Of a DNA stretch of 64,000 bases, positions 48,457 to 58,056 are shown in pieces (the first letter of the stretch is position 1; every line of letters begins with the position of its first letter). The notes under the pieces were generated by a model. That model ran no database searches, was not told the DNA's origin, and worked only from the letters and a program-made list of their open reading frames with translations. The stretch covers positions 2,091-66,090 of the forward strand of contig CAZORP010000003.1 in NCBI GenBank assembly GCA_964582615.1, read 5' to 3'. A program made the position numbers and the translations under genes. The DNA comes from an uncultured Gammaproteobacteria bacterium. Lineage in GTDB: Bacteria; Patescibacteriota; Patescibacteriia; UBA9934.

Positions 48457-48957
48457 GTGCTATACTTTTTCGCATTCTGTATGACACTTACCACGCATGC
48501 GGCAATTGGCGCCGCTCTTGGATCATGCATTGGCAATCCCCTTCTTGGTTTTGCACTCGCCCTTGCATCACATTTTCTCGTTGACATCATTCCCCACGGA
48601 GACAATAAACTCGCCGATAGTTACCGTGTGCTAAGAAAAAAACGTGCAGGAATGGCTTACGTGACCCTAGACGCCGCAACCGCCATCATCTTCCTCATGC
48701 TCATACTCCCCACGCAAGCAGAACACACCACAGGATCTTTAGCATTTTCCTCTGCGGTTATTGGAAGTGTTCTCCCCGACTTCTGCGTTGCCCTTAAAGA
48801 GCTTTTTCCAAGAAATACTCTTTTAAAGAAAATATTTGCCGTGCATTTCTTTTTTCACGACTGCATTTCACGAACATGGGGTGATGTTCGACTTTCGTAC
48901 GCGCTCGCCGCTCAAGCTATTTTTATCGCACTACTCACACATTACGTCATCCTCTAG
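48457..48957 (+). CDS. Hypothetical membrane protein, possibly YdjM/DUF457-like metal-dependent hydrolase
   Basis: 166 aa, multi-TM. HFLVDIIPHGD and FFFHD are His/Asp motifs. The family assignment is tentative. Confidence 0.4.
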   Translation: MLYFFAFCMTLTTHAAIGAALGSCIGNPLLGFALALASHFLVDIIPHGDNKLADSYRVLRKKRAGMAYVTLDAATAIIFLMLILPTQAEHTTGSLAFSSAVIGSVLPDFCVALKELFPRNTLLKKIFAVHFFFHDCISRTWGDVRLSYALAAQAIFIALLTHYVIL

Positions 48958-49457
48958 AAAAAGCTCACGATACCAAGTGACGCCAACGTAACAAGAAGTG
49001 CGCCACACAAAAGACCAAGAAATATCGAGATCGCCGCGGAGTGTTTAGGAATTTTTAACGCAACCGCTGCAAGTGTCATCGTCCAAACGCCCGTAAGTGG
49101 AAAAGGAACGACCAGCGCAAGAAAGAGCGCAATTGCTCCGTAGCGATCATAGTTTCCTTGAACTTTTTTTTGCGCCCTCGCTAAAAGCATGTCAAACGGT
49201 GCAACAAGACGAGGGAAGGCACGAGCAACATGATCTCTCGCGGATGCAAATCCAAAATACAAAGGAAAAAAAGGAATAAATGATCCCGCAACCGAAAGTA
49301 CGTATGCTACAAAAGGAGAATATCCGTATGTTGTTATCGCAATAGGAATAGCAAGTTGATATTCCGTGATAGGAGCCATGCTTAAGGCTACAATATGCGC
49401 CCACGAAGGAATGATCATAGCGACGACGATGGCCATGTATAAATTTGCGTTATCCAA
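48954..49457 (-). CDS. Small polytopic membrane protein (possibly PF06695-like small multidrug export family)
   Basis: About 150-167 aa with four or five TM helices. The 5' end overlaps the stop of the dac gene, so the true start may be an internal Met near 49418-49436. Confidence 0.4.
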   Translation of the reverse strand: MDNANLYMAIVVAMIIPSWAHIVALSMAPITEYQLAIPIAITTYGYSPFVAYVLSVAGSFIPFFPLYFGFASARDHVARAFPRLVAPFDMLLARAQKKVQGNYDRYGAIALFLALVVPFPLTGVWTMTLAAVALKIPKHSAAISIFLGLLCGALLVTLASLGIVSFF

Positions 49458-50383
49458 TCCGTAACATTTGCCGCATCAGAAAAACGCGCATCTTTTGTTT
49501 CAGCTCCAAGGACCGTTGTAAAAATTTCGTGCCCATCATGCAAAAAAGCCCCTGTAAAGCAATAACCAGCCTCGGGAATAAAACCCGTCTTCCCTGCAAT
49601 GAGTGAAAATCCCGAGGAAAGAAATGCCGTGTGAAAAAGACTATTCGTCGAAGGAATATCTACAGTGAATCCTGAAGCTTGCGTGATCAGCGCATGATCC
49701 TGCTGTGTTCGTGAAAGAATTTCAGGGTATGTTTTTGCACGAAGTAAGAGAAGGCTTACTTCGCGAGCAGTGGAGAGGTTTTCTCCCGAAAGCCCACTAA
49801 CATCGGAAAAGGTGCTTTGCTCCATGCCGATTTCTTGAGCCTTTGCATTCATGCGCGCGAGAAAATCATCCTGAGAAAGTCCTGAAAAGCGTACCAGCGC
49901 CTGCGTTGCAGTATTATCCGATCCAACCAAGCTCGCGCGAAGCACGTCGCCTAGCATGAGCTCATCACGATATGCAAGATACACCCTTCCCCCTGCAAGA
50001 TAGTCATCAGGAAGAAGTACGACGCTCCGCGTAAGATCTGGCTTTGTATCAAGAAACACCATCGCTGTCATGAGCTTGGTAATACTTCCAATGGCACGAG
50101 GAGTGTCAGGATTTTTTCCATACAATAGCATTCCAGAGGCGCCATCAAGAACCGCAACGCTTCGCGCACTCGTAATAATTTCAGCGGCCGCAATGTCAGT
50201 TTTCTCGGGGAGTCTTATGCGACTATTTGCTTGTGGAAGATACTCGCGTCGTGAGAGAGAAAAGCCTGCAACGGGAAGCGTTGGCGACGATATGGCATGC
50301 GGCATGAATGCGGAAACATCAACTTGCGTAGCTTGAAACATCAGCAGTGCAAGCGTCATTTCTGCGACAATTTTCTCTAACAT
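49415..50383 (-). CDS. D-alanyl-D-alanine carboxypeptidase (peptidase S11, PBP5-like)
   Basis: SITK (SxxK), SDN and KTG motifs in the correct order. An N-terminal signal/anchor. Confidence 0.8.
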   Translation of the reverse strand: MLEKIVAEMTLALLMFQATQVDVSAFMPHAISSPTLPVAGFSLSRREYLPQANSRIRLPEKTDIAAAEIITSARSVAVLDGASGMLLYGKNPDTPRAIGSITKLMTAMVFLDTKPDLTRSVVLLPDDYLAGGRVYLAYRDELMLGDVLRASLVGSDNTATQALVRFSGLSQDDFLARMNAKAQEIGMEQSTFSDVSGLSGENLSTAREVSLLLLRAKTYPEILSRTQQDHALITQASGFTVDIPSTNSLFHTAFLSSGFSLIAGKTGFIPEAGYCFTGAFLHDGHEIFTTVLGAETKDARFSDAANVTDWITQIYTWPSSSL

Positions 50384-50934
50384 AGTGGAGGCGAAGAGGA
50401 TCCAAGAAGCGTATTTACGTGTTCATGCTGATGAAATGCCTCGTAGTCAGGAAGCTCTTCAATACGATGAACACCAAGATAACGAAGGGTGTCTGACGAT
50501 AGAGTATACACCACGGCACTCTTCTCCTTTTCATACTTCTCAAGAATAAGTCCTCGCATGAGAAGATTGCGTAAAATCAACGAGCAGTGTACACCTCGAA
50601 TTGCTTCAATTTCAGGTTGCGTAAGAGGACCGCGATACGCAATAACCGTCAGGGTCTCAAGTGCCGGGCGAGAAAGTTCAGAAGGTGTATCACTTGTATA
50701 CGCTTGAATTACCTCAGAACATCCGGGGTGCGTCCCCAAAAACCATCCATCAGATCCTTCAAAGACGTGGATTCCGGAATGATCTCCATTCATGGCCCCG
50801 CGAAGATTCTCGAGCGCATCACGAACATCCTCCGGTGAATATCCTGAAGCGCGAGCAAGTTTGCCAAGTGACACAGGCCCTTGCGAAACAAAAAGTAGGG
50901 CCTGAATTACTATCGCGCGTGAAGTGAGTTCCAT
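50377..50934 (-). CDS. scpB: Segregation and condensation protein B
   Basis: 185 aa with two winged-helix repeats (ALLFVSQGPVSLGKLARASG, TLTVIAYRGPLTQPEIEAIRG). Confidence 0.85.
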   Translation of the reverse strand: MELTSRAIVIQALLFVSQGPVSLGKLARASGYSPEDVRDALENLRGAMNGDHSGIHVFEGSDGWFLGTHPGCSEVIQAYTSDTPSELSRPALETLTVIAYRGPLTQPEIEAIRGVHCSLILRNLLMRGLILEKYEKEKSAVVYTLSSDTLRYLGVHRIEELPDYEAFHQHEHVNTLLGSSSPPLC

Positions 50935-50936
50935 AG

Positions 50937-51635
50937 TTATACAACGCGTTCAAGGATAATATCACCAAATGATGCCTCCTGAAGAACATGAACCTCCTTC
51001 TGCTTCCACATCTCTAAGAGAGCCAAAAACTGCACAACAACATCTTCACGATCTGGCGTTTGCGCAATAACTTCACGAAACGCCATCTTTCCGCGAGCGC
51101 GAAGAGCATCTCGAAGTCCCTGCAAACGCTCTTCAAGGGAAAGCGTTTTTCGCACTCTCTGTTGACGAAGGGCAAAGAATGGAGCCAGTCTTTTGAGAAC
51201 CCGCAAAAAACTCTCATGAAGAACCTCTGGACGCAAACTTGGATGCGGAAGAAAGTTCTCACGACTTCGTACACGGGGTTGAGTTCTTTGGTATGAAACG
51301 GCAGTTCCCCACTGCGCTTGTAAGCGTTTTGCCGCGGCAACAAACTGCTCATAGGCACGCAGGGTGTCCTGCAATCGATCAACTTCATGATCTTCTTCAG
51401 GAAGTGCAAGGTACGGAAGAAGCTCTTTGGTCTTAAGGTAAATAAGACGCGCCGCAATAACCAGCGCATCCGCCATCTCTTCCTCGGAAAGATTACGCGC
51501 CTTGATAGCCTCAAGAAACGCATCAGCGACTTTCGTTAAGCTAATGCGGGTAATTTCAAGTTTTCGCTCCTGAATAAGCGAAAGTAGTAATGCGAGCGGT
51601 CCTTGAAATTCTTCTTGATCCAAAGAAAACGGCAT
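50937..51635 (-). CDS. scpA: Segregation and condensation protein A
   Basis: FQGPLALLLSLIQERKLEITRISLTKVADAFLE is the ScpA N-terminus. Confidence 0.85.
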   Translation of the reverse strand: MPFSLDQEEFQGPLALLLSLIQERKLEITRISLTKVADAFLEAIKARNLSEEEMADALVIAARLIYLKTKELLPYLALPEEDHEVDRLQDTLRAYEQFVAAAKRLQAQWGTAVSYQRTQPRVRSRENFLPHPSLRPEVLHESFLRVLKRLAPFFALRQQRVRKTLSLEERLQGLRDALRARGKMAFREVIAQTPDREDVVVQFLALLEMWKQKEVHVLQEASFGDIILERVV

Positions 51636-51641
51636 AAATAC

Positions 51642-52955
51642 CTATGGTCGCAAACGCTGAACGTCACGAGGGAAAATCGTCGCTTCTTTTACATTTGCAA
51701 GCCCAAGAAGGTTCTGCGTCAACCGTTGAAGACCCATACCAAAACCACCCTCGGGAGGAATGCCGTACTTGTGCATCATGAGGTAGTCCTCGAACTGTGC
51801 AGGATCTAATTCCTTATCTTTAATTGCCTGCACCTGGTCATCATAGCGATTCACGCGCATGCCGCCTGAAATAATCTCACTGCCAAAACCAATAAGGTCA
51901 AACGTGATAGTATTTTCAGGATTTTTTGGATCACGCAACGCATAAAATGGACGCTTCTTGGTTGGATAATCCGTAACAACAATAAAGCCACACTGATAAT
52001 GCTTTGGACCCCAAACTGTTGAAAGCCAACGCTCCCCCGCCGGAGAAAGATCCGGTTCATGCGTTTCATCAACGCCACCCTCTTCTTTGTACGCAAGAAG
52101 TGCATCTTTCAAAGAAATTCTTGGGAATCGAGTTCCAAGCGGAGGAAGTGTTACCCCAAGCAATGCAAGCTCTCGAGCACAATCGCGCTCAACCGTCGCA
52201 ACCATCTCCCGAATAGATCCCTCGGCATGCGAAACGACTTCATCCATGTCTTCAACAAAACCCATCTCAAATTCTAATTGATTAAACTCCGTGAGGTGGC
52301 GCGATGTCGCAAACTTCTCAGCGCGAAATGAGTACGAAACTCCATACACACCTTCATATACTCCCATGGTGATTTGCTTGTACAGCTGTGCCGACTGCGT
52401 AAGCGTCGCTTCGCGTCCGTAGTAGTCAACCTTAAAAAATTCCGCACCGCCTTCGCTTGCCGCGCCTGCAAGAATAGGAAACATAATTTCCGTGAAGCCC
52501 TGACGCTCCATATATGCACGGTACCCCTTTACAAGCGCCGCTTGCACTTTAAAAATCGCGCGTTGTTTTGGGTGGCGAAGTGTAACAACACGATTATCGA
52601 GGAGCGTTTCAAGCTGAACATCAATATCCGGCTTTGCAATTTCAACAGGAACCGGCTCGGTTACCGGAGAGAGAATTTCAAGCTCAGTACACTGAACTTC
52701 CGCTTCTTTAACCGAAGGATCTTTTGACTGCTTTTCTTTGACTAGCCCTTTGACTTTAATAACCGTCTCCAATTGCAATCCCTTCAATTGCTCAAGATGC
52801 GTCGCTTCCAAAACAACCTGCGCAATTCCCGTTCGATCACGAAGGAGTGCAAAACCAAAATGTTTTTTATCGCGCAAGTTTGAAAGCCAACCCGCAAGAA
52901 TCACTTCTTGACCAAGAAATTCAGGAAGTTGAGCGGCGAGTATTCTATTTTTCAT
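51642..52955 (-). CDS. aspS: Aspartyl-tRNA synthetase, archaeal/eukaryal type (class IIb)
   Basis: An OB-fold anticodon-binding N-terminus, class II motifs, and the C-terminal GGFGMGLQRL...IFPRDVQRLRP characteristic of archaeal-type AspRS. Start set at MKNRIL. Confidence 0.75.
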   Translation of the reverse strand: MKNRILAAQLPEFLGQEVILAGWLSNLRDKKHFGFALLRDRTGIAQVVLEATHLEQLKGLQLETVIKVKGLVKEKQSKDPSVKEAEVQCTELEILSPVTEPVPVEIAKPDIDVQLETLLDNRVVTLRHPKQRAIFKVQAALVKGYRAYMERQGFTEIMFPILAGAASEGGAEFFKVDYYGREATLTQSAQLYKQITMGVYEGVYGVSYSFRAEKFATSRHLTEFNQLEFEMGFVEDMDEVVSHAEGSIREMVATVERDCARELALLGVTLPPLGTRFPRISLKDALLAYKEEGGVDETHEPDLSPAGERWLSTVWGPKHYQCGFIVVTDYPTKKRPFYALRDPKNPENTITFDLIGFGSEIISGGMRVNRYDDQVQAIKDKELDPAQFEDYLMMHKYGIPPEGGFGMGLQRLTQNLLGLANVKEATIFPRDVQRLRP

Positions 52956-52971
52956 AGGTATATAAGAAAAA

Positions 52972-54273
52972 TTATGGTCGGTTTCTGTTAAGCATTCTTG
53001 CAAACGGAATCGTTTCACGAATGTGATGCACGCCGGTAATCCAACGAACCGTACGCTCGAGTCCAATGCCAAACCCACTGTGAGGCACAGATCCAAACTT
53101 TCTTGTATTCAAGTACCATTCGTATTCTTCAAGGGGATAACCTCGGTCAATAATTTCCTGACGCAACTGCTCGTAGTCTTCATTGCGCTGACTGCCTCCA
53201 ATAATCTCCCTTCCCTCTTCCGGCGCAATAAGATCAGCGCACCTTGCGCGAAGAACTCCAGCATCATCCGTGAAGCGCTTCATATAAAACGCTTTTACCG
53301 CCGCAGGATAATCCGTAATAAAGACGGGTAACTTATACTTTTCACCCAAGTAAATCTCCTCCTCTGTACTCATGTCATCAAGTGCATCTACCGCGAGTCC
53401 ATCGGCGGCAAGTTCAGCCTTTACTTCGGCATGCGTCTTGCGAATAAACGGCGTGCTCACAAGATTCTCCAAGATCGTTGTATCACGTCCAAGAATTGCT
53501 AACTCAACACGACAGTCACGCAAAACATCTCCAACAATTCTCTTCACCATGCGCTCCTGCACGTCCATGTTCATGACCTGATCGTAAAACGCCATTTCCG
53601 CATCCATCATCCAAAGTTCGCTCAGGTGATGACGAGTCTTGCTCTTTTCAGCTCGAAATACAGGACCAAAGTCGTATACTTTTCCAAAGCCCATAATTCC
53701 CGCCTCACTGTAAAGCTGGCCGGACTGCGAAAGATACATTGGCGTACCGTAGTAATCTACCGTAAAAAGTTGCGTGGTATCTTCGCAACTCGTTGGCTGA
53801 AGAACGGGCGTATCAAAGCGAATGAATCCTTCTTCATGAAAAAACTGCTCAATCGAAAAGAATACTCGATCACGAATGCGAAGAACCGCCCAAGGCGTCT
53901 GTGAACGAAGATAAAGATCTCGATTATCAAAAAGAAACTCGGGACCGTGTTCTTTTTTTCCAATAGGATATTCTTCGGTATTGATGTGTACGGGAATAAT
54001 CATCGTTCCCTGAATTTCATATCCCCCCTGTGCACGAGGCTCTTCCTTTACATATCCACGAACCTCAACCGAAGACTCAAGGGTTAAACTCTTAAGCTGA
54101 TCCCACATTTCCGGAGCAAGATCATGCGCGCTAAAAACCACTTGAACAAAACCGGAACCATCACGAAGCTGAAGGAAGTAAATTTTTCCACTTGAACGGA
54201 AGTTATATGCCCACCCCTTCAAATGCACCTCTTTTCCAACAGCATCTTTTAACTGTCGTATTGTTGTATACAT
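52972..54273 (-). CDS. asnS: Asparaginyl-tRNA synthetase
   Basis: The C-terminus VPHSGFGIGLERTVRWITGVHHIRETIPFARMLNRNRP closely matches the AsnRS terminus. 433 aa, class IIb. Confidence 0.8.
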   Translation of the reverse strand: MYTTIRQLKDAVGKEVHLKGWAYNFRSSGKIYFLQLRDGSGFVQVVFSAHDLAPEMWDQLKSLTLESSVEVRGYVKEEPRAQGGYEIQGTMIIPVHINTEEYPIGKKEHGPEFLFDNRDLYLRSQTPWAVLRIRDRVFFSIEQFFHEEGFIRFDTPVLQPTSCEDTTQLFTVDYYGTPMYLSQSGQLYSEAGIMGFGKVYDFGPVFRAEKSKTRHHLSELWMMDAEMAFYDQVMNMDVQERMVKRIVGDVLRDCRVELAILGRDTTILENLVSTPFIRKTHAEVKAELAADGLAVDALDDMSTEEEIYLGEKYKLPVFITDYPAAVKAFYMKRFTDDAGVLRARCADLIAPEEGREIIGGSQRNEDYEQLRQEIIDRGYPLEEYEWYLNTRKFGSVPHSGFGIGLERTVRWITGVHHIRETIPFARMLNRNRP

Positions 54274-54289
54274 AAAATATTGTAGAGGA

Positions 54290-54540
54290 ACGTATAAAAT
54301 AAATCACCCTTACACAACCACAACTGCAAAAGTTATGGTGATGTAAGGGCGATGCTATCGCGGTGCCACCTTACTTGTTTTAAGAAAAACCTTAAAACTT
54401 CTTCATTTTCCGCAATAACGGGCGGATCCCGTAAGGTTCTACTTGCGCAGCTAGTACGCGTTCTTCCTTAGACTTGGCGGTGTTCAAGTCGCCTCAAGCG
54501 TCTCTGAGGAAACTATAGCAACCAGAAAAAAAAGGTGCAA
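54290..54540 (-). promoter_or_regulatory. Putative T-box riboswitch leader of the asnS-aspS operon
   Basis: The minus-strand RNA contains AAGUAAGGUGGCACCGCGAUAG, matching the T-box consensus AAUUAGGGUGGNACCGCG. This is followed by a 13-bp terminator hairpin (CCCUUACAUCACC...GGUUGUGUAAGGG) plus UGAUUUAUUUUAU. An upstream AGAGA box and an AAC-containing loop are also present. Confidence 0.55.
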
Positions 54541-54606
54541 GTCCTCAAAAAAAGAGATTTATCACCAAAATTTAGCAAGAATTCGCCAAAAAATACCCTA
54601 TCGTAC

Positions 54607-54635
54607 TTGACAAATAGCGATTTTTATGCTACAGT
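54607..54635 (+). promoter_or_regulatory. Sigma70-type promoter TTGACA-17-TACAGT for the secreted repeat protein gene
   Basis: A perfect -35 at 54607-54612, a 17-nt spacer, and TACAGT at 54630-54635. This is 26 nt upstream of the ATG. Confidence 0.6.
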
Positions 54636-54660
54636 GATCCGTTAAGAATTTTAACACTCT

Positions 54661-56358
54661 ATGAAGAAAACTCTTTTTGGACTTTTTGCACTTAGCTTCT
54701 TGGCCGTGCAATCCCTCCTCCCTGTTGCAAACACCTTTGCAGCAAACTACGCGCAAGTTGGCGAGGTAAAGAACCTCACCATTCTTAGCGGAGTGTACGG
54801 AAACGACACCACCCCAACATTCACCTGGAATGCTGGAGATAACGCTTCTTGGTATTCCATCGCTATCGACGGAACCGACTGGAAGAGCGTAGGAAACACC
54901 TTTTCCTTCACCACCCCAGAACTTGATCTTGGATGGCACTCCTTCTACGTTCGCTCTCACGTTACCGACCGCATGTCTCCCAATGCAACTACGTATATCG
55001 TATTCAACATTGGAACAACGGTAACCGAAACGACGATTTCTACGGTATCTCCTACCTCCGCAGAGCTCGACGAGGAAACACGTTTCTCTGTAACCGTTTC
55101 AGGCAACACGAATGTTGACTGTGCATGGTACGTTAACGACGTTGAAATCGACGACATGACGCAGAATGGATCTACGTTCTACACAGATTTCACCTTTGAA
55201 TACGATGGTGTTTACGACTCTTACGTTGCATGTATCGATGAATACGGTAATGCATTCAAGGGAAACGAGCGCACCATCACCGTTGATGAAGACGTTGTAT
55301 CTAACAACGACGATATCTCGGTTGGCAAGGTAAGCCCAAGCTCTGCAACTGAAGATGAGGAAGTAACCTTCTCTATCGACGTTGAAGCTGATAACGATAT
55401 CGACTACTGCCATCTCTACGTTGATGGAAAGAAGGTAGCGACCATGGATGAAACCAATTCGAGTCAAACAGAATTCGAGGCAGATTACACCTTCAGCAAT
55501 GATGGCGACTACTCCGTTTACGCTGTTTGTGAGGATGAAGACGGCAACGTTGATACAGGAACGAAAATCACTGTAGACGTTGAAAGCGAAGATGATAACA
55601 ATGGCGTTATCTCTGTTGGAAAAGTAAGTCCAACAACCGCCGTTGAAGACGAATCAACAACGTTCTCCGTTGAAGTTGATGCTGACTACACTGTTGACTA
55701 CTGCGACCTCTACGTTGATGGCGACAAGGTAAAGCGTATGTCCGAGTACAGCAATGACGAATTCAAGACTTCCTACAAGTTCTCCAAGAACGGAAGCTAC
55801 ACCGCATACGCATACTGTGAAGATTCCCGCGGAAATACCGACAAGGGAACGAGCGTTACCGTGAAGGTGTACGATGAAGATGAATACGAAGGATACATGG
55901 GTGAACTTATTAAGATGGAGTGTGGATCAAACCCTGGAGTAAACGATCCTTGTAAGGCTGTGTACTACTACGGAGAGGATGGCAAGCGCCACACCTTCCC
56001 TAACGAAGCAACCTTCTACTCTTGGTACAGCGACTTCGATGATGTTATCGAGATCGACGAAGACACCATGTCTGACATTGCTCTTGGAGATAACGTTACC
56101 CTTCGCCCAGGAAGCGTTCTTGTGAAGTTCCTTACGAGCTCCAAGGTTTACGCAATTGAAGCTCCAAACGTTCTCCGCCACTACGAAACCGAGTCTCTCG
56201 CAAAGTCTGACTACGGATCCGACTGGGCAGATTACGTTATCGAACTTCCAGATTCTTTGTACGGAAACTACGAGATTGGTAAGAGCATCGACAGTTCAAG
56301 CGACTTCGATCACACCGACGCATACTTCTCGGTAGATTCTCTTGAAGATCTTTTCTAG
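54661..56358 (+). CDS. Secreted acidic protein with three about-100-aa cysteine-pair Ig-like repeats
   Basis: Signal peptide MKKTLFGLFALSFLAVQSLLPVANTFA. The repeat VSP(S/T)(S/T)A.EDE..TFS..V.AD...DYC.LYVDG.KV...E....F...Y.FS..G.Y..YA.CED..GN.D.G occurs three times, plus one divergent copy. Confidence 0.7.
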   Translation: MKKTLFGLFALSFLAVQSLLPVANTFAANYAQVGEVKNLTILSGVYGNDTTPTFTWNAGDNASWYSIAIDGTDWKSVGNTFSFTTPELDLGWHSFYVRSHVTDRMSPNATTYIVFNIGTTVTETTISTVSPTSAELDEETRFSVTVSGNTNVDCAWYVNDVEIDDMTQNGSTFYTDFTFEYDGVYDSYVACIDEYGNAFKGNERTITVDEDVVSNNDDISVGKVSPSSATEDEEVTFSIDVEADNDIDYCHLYVDGKKVATMDETNSSQTEFEADYTFSNDGDYSVYAVCEDEDGNVDTGTKITVDVESEDDNNGVISVGKVSPTTAVEDESTTFSVEVDADYTVDYCDLYVDGDKVKRMSEYSNDEFKTSYKFSKNGSYTAYAYCEDSRGNTDKGTSVTVKVYDEDEYEGYMGELIKMECGSNPGVNDPCKAVYYYGEDGKRHTFPNEATFYSWYSDFDDVIEIDEDTMSDIALGDNVTLRPGSVLVKFLTSSKVYAIEAPNVLRHYETESLAKSDYGSDWADYVIELPDSLYGNYEIGKSIDSSSDFDHTDAYFSVDSLEDLF

Positions 56359-56363
56359 AGTGC

Positions 56364-56391
56364 AAAAAAACAGCCTTCGGGCTGTTTTTTT
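56364..56391. terminator. Bidirectional terminator between the repeat-protein gene and recO
   Basis: AAAAAAACAGCC-TTCG-GGCTGTTTTTTT. Confidence 0.85.
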
Positions 56392-56392
56392 A

Positions 56393-57217
56393 TTAAGAGA
56401 CTTCATCTTCGGTTTTCCTTGGAAGAAGCGAATCGCTACCCCAGCCCAACATGGCGTATTCCCAGTACGGAGTATCTCCATAGCCCGGAACGTGGAGACG
56501 TAACATATCGTGAATGCATTCAGAAAATGCCACAACTTCATCACCTCGCAAGGGTGCCTTGAGAAGATCTTTATACGAAGCACCTCTTGCAAAACGCAAC
56601 ATCGTCACCGCTTCTTCTTGCATAAGCCTTGCTGTTGCAACCTGTTCAGGAGCACGCAAAAAACACTCCGTACACAAAAGCCCCCCACGAATATCGTGCC
56701 AGCGAAATGCGAGTGGCTGAATACGTTCTCGACAATCAAGACAAGCGTGTAATTCAAGATTGTATCCAAGATGCGAAAGAACTCTCAAAAAAAATGATCC
56801 CCAAATAAACAACGTTCTACTGGATGATGTGAAGCGTTGTGTATCAAGAAATTCAAGAAACTCCTCACATGCACGATACAGTTCAAGGTCGGGAGAGCGA
56901 TCGTAAAGCACTCTACAGAGCATGATTGAGGTCGTCTCTACAAGGAGACGATATTCCAAAGTTTGATGAATGCTAAAAAAGGTATTCACCCTCTCAACGC
57001 CGATAACTGTTGTCTGAGATCTTCCTACAATCAATTCAAGATTTACCTTTGCACACGGCTCAAGATGTGACGCTAACTTAGCCCTTCCCTTTGAGGCTCC
57101 TCTTCCAATGAACTCAATTTTTCCAAATTGCTTCGTAAGCGCAACATATCTTCTATCAGCTTCTTTCCAAGGAAAAACCGCAAGAACAATTGCCTCATCT
57201 TTCTGCGCGGACCACAT
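56393..57217 (-). CDS. recO: DNA repair protein RecO
   Basis: An OB-fold N-terminus (EAIVLAVFPWKEADRRYVALTKQFGKIEF) and a zinc motif (CLDCRER...CTEC). Start set at MWSAQ. The ORF track extends to 57241. Confidence 0.8.
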   Translation of the reverse strand: MWSAQKDEAIVLAVFPWKEADRRYVALTKQFGKIEFIGRGASKGRAKLASHLEPCAKVNLELIVGRSQTTVIGVERVNTFFSIHQTLEYRLLVETTSIMLCRVLYDRSPDLELYRACEEFLEFLDTQRFTSSSRTLFIWGSFFLRVLSHLGYNLELHACLDCRERIQPLAFRWHDIRGGLLCTECFLRAPEQVATARLMQEEAVTMLRFARGASYKDLLKAPLRGDEVVAFSECIHDMLRLHVPGYGDTPYWEYAMLGWGSDSLLPRKTEDEVS

Positions 57218-57224
57218 AAAAATG

Positions 57225-57623
57225 TCACGCCTGAGTATCAAAAAATTCTTGCAAAATAAGCATCGCCGCTAAGGCATCAGTTTCCGCAGTTCTTCCTCCA
57301 TCGGCTTCTTCTTGCAAGCGAACAGCTGATCGAGTTGTAAAACTTTCATCAACTTCATAAAGCGGACGTGGGGCAATGTAGCCGCGTAAACGAGCAATAA
57401 AGTCACGAACTCGATGATACTGATACGCATCCTGTCCTTTTGCGGGAAGTGGAATACCTACAACACAGGCATCGATACTTTCGTCTTTTATCAACTGACA
57501 TAGCTTTCGCTCACCCTCAGATCCCCCCTCAATCACCAACAGCGGAACTGCAAGACGCGAAACATCCTCACCAAGGGCGAGTCCAATACGACGAGCGCTG
57601 TAATCAATTCCAAGATACTTCAC
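57225..57623 (-). CDS. ruvX: Putative pre-16S rRNA nuclease / Holliday junction resolvase-like YqgF
   Basis: MKYLGIDYSARRIGLALGED (YqgF N-terminus with the catalytic Asp) and DACVVGIPL. Confidence 0.85.
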   Translation of the reverse strand: MKYLGIDYSARRIGLALGEDVSRLAVPLLVIEGGSEGERKLCQLIKDESIDACVVGIPLPAKGQDAYQYHRVRDFIARLRGYIAPRPLYEVDESFTTRSAVRLQEEADGGRTAETDALAAMLILQEFFDTQA

Positions 57624-57627
57624 ACGC

Positions 57628-58056
57628 TTACCAAGATACGAGAGTTCGCAACGTCACCCCGTTACTCATAACTGGACGATCGACCCCGGGTTCGTACACC
57701 CCATCACCGTCATCTTTAATAACCAGCGCAATATAATCGCGATCAAATGATGCCGACGAGGAAAAGCGCACATCGTGAACCCCCTCCGAAAGAAGCTCGG
57801 AAGTTCTTACGATGGAACCAGGAATATCCCCCATTGCCTCATGAAGCGTAACAAAACCGGGCGCCATCATTGATGCCGAAAATGTGATCTCGGAAGAATT
57901 TGCCTGAGTTAGCGCAAGCTCGGTTCCAGTAACTTCTACCGGACCAAAAGATGTCACCGAAGTCTTCGATACACTTCTTGCTCCAAACCAAAGACCAATA
58001 AATATAAGGAGAACTCCCCCAAGAAGAATAAGTCCCTCAAGATCACCGCGTTTCAT
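57628..58056 (-). CDS. Hypothetical membrane-anchored protein
   Basis: 142 aa. One N-terminal TM segment (LILLGGVLLIFIGLWFGA), then a probable beta-rich extracytoplasmic domain. Confidence 0.45.
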   Translation of the reverse strand: MKRGDLEGLILLGGVLLIFIGLWFGARSVSKTSVTSFGPVEVTGTELALTQANSSEITFSASMMAPGFVTLHEAMGDIPGSIVRTSELLSEGVHDVRFSSSASFDRDYIALVIKDDGDGVYEPGVDRPVMSNGVTLRTLVSW

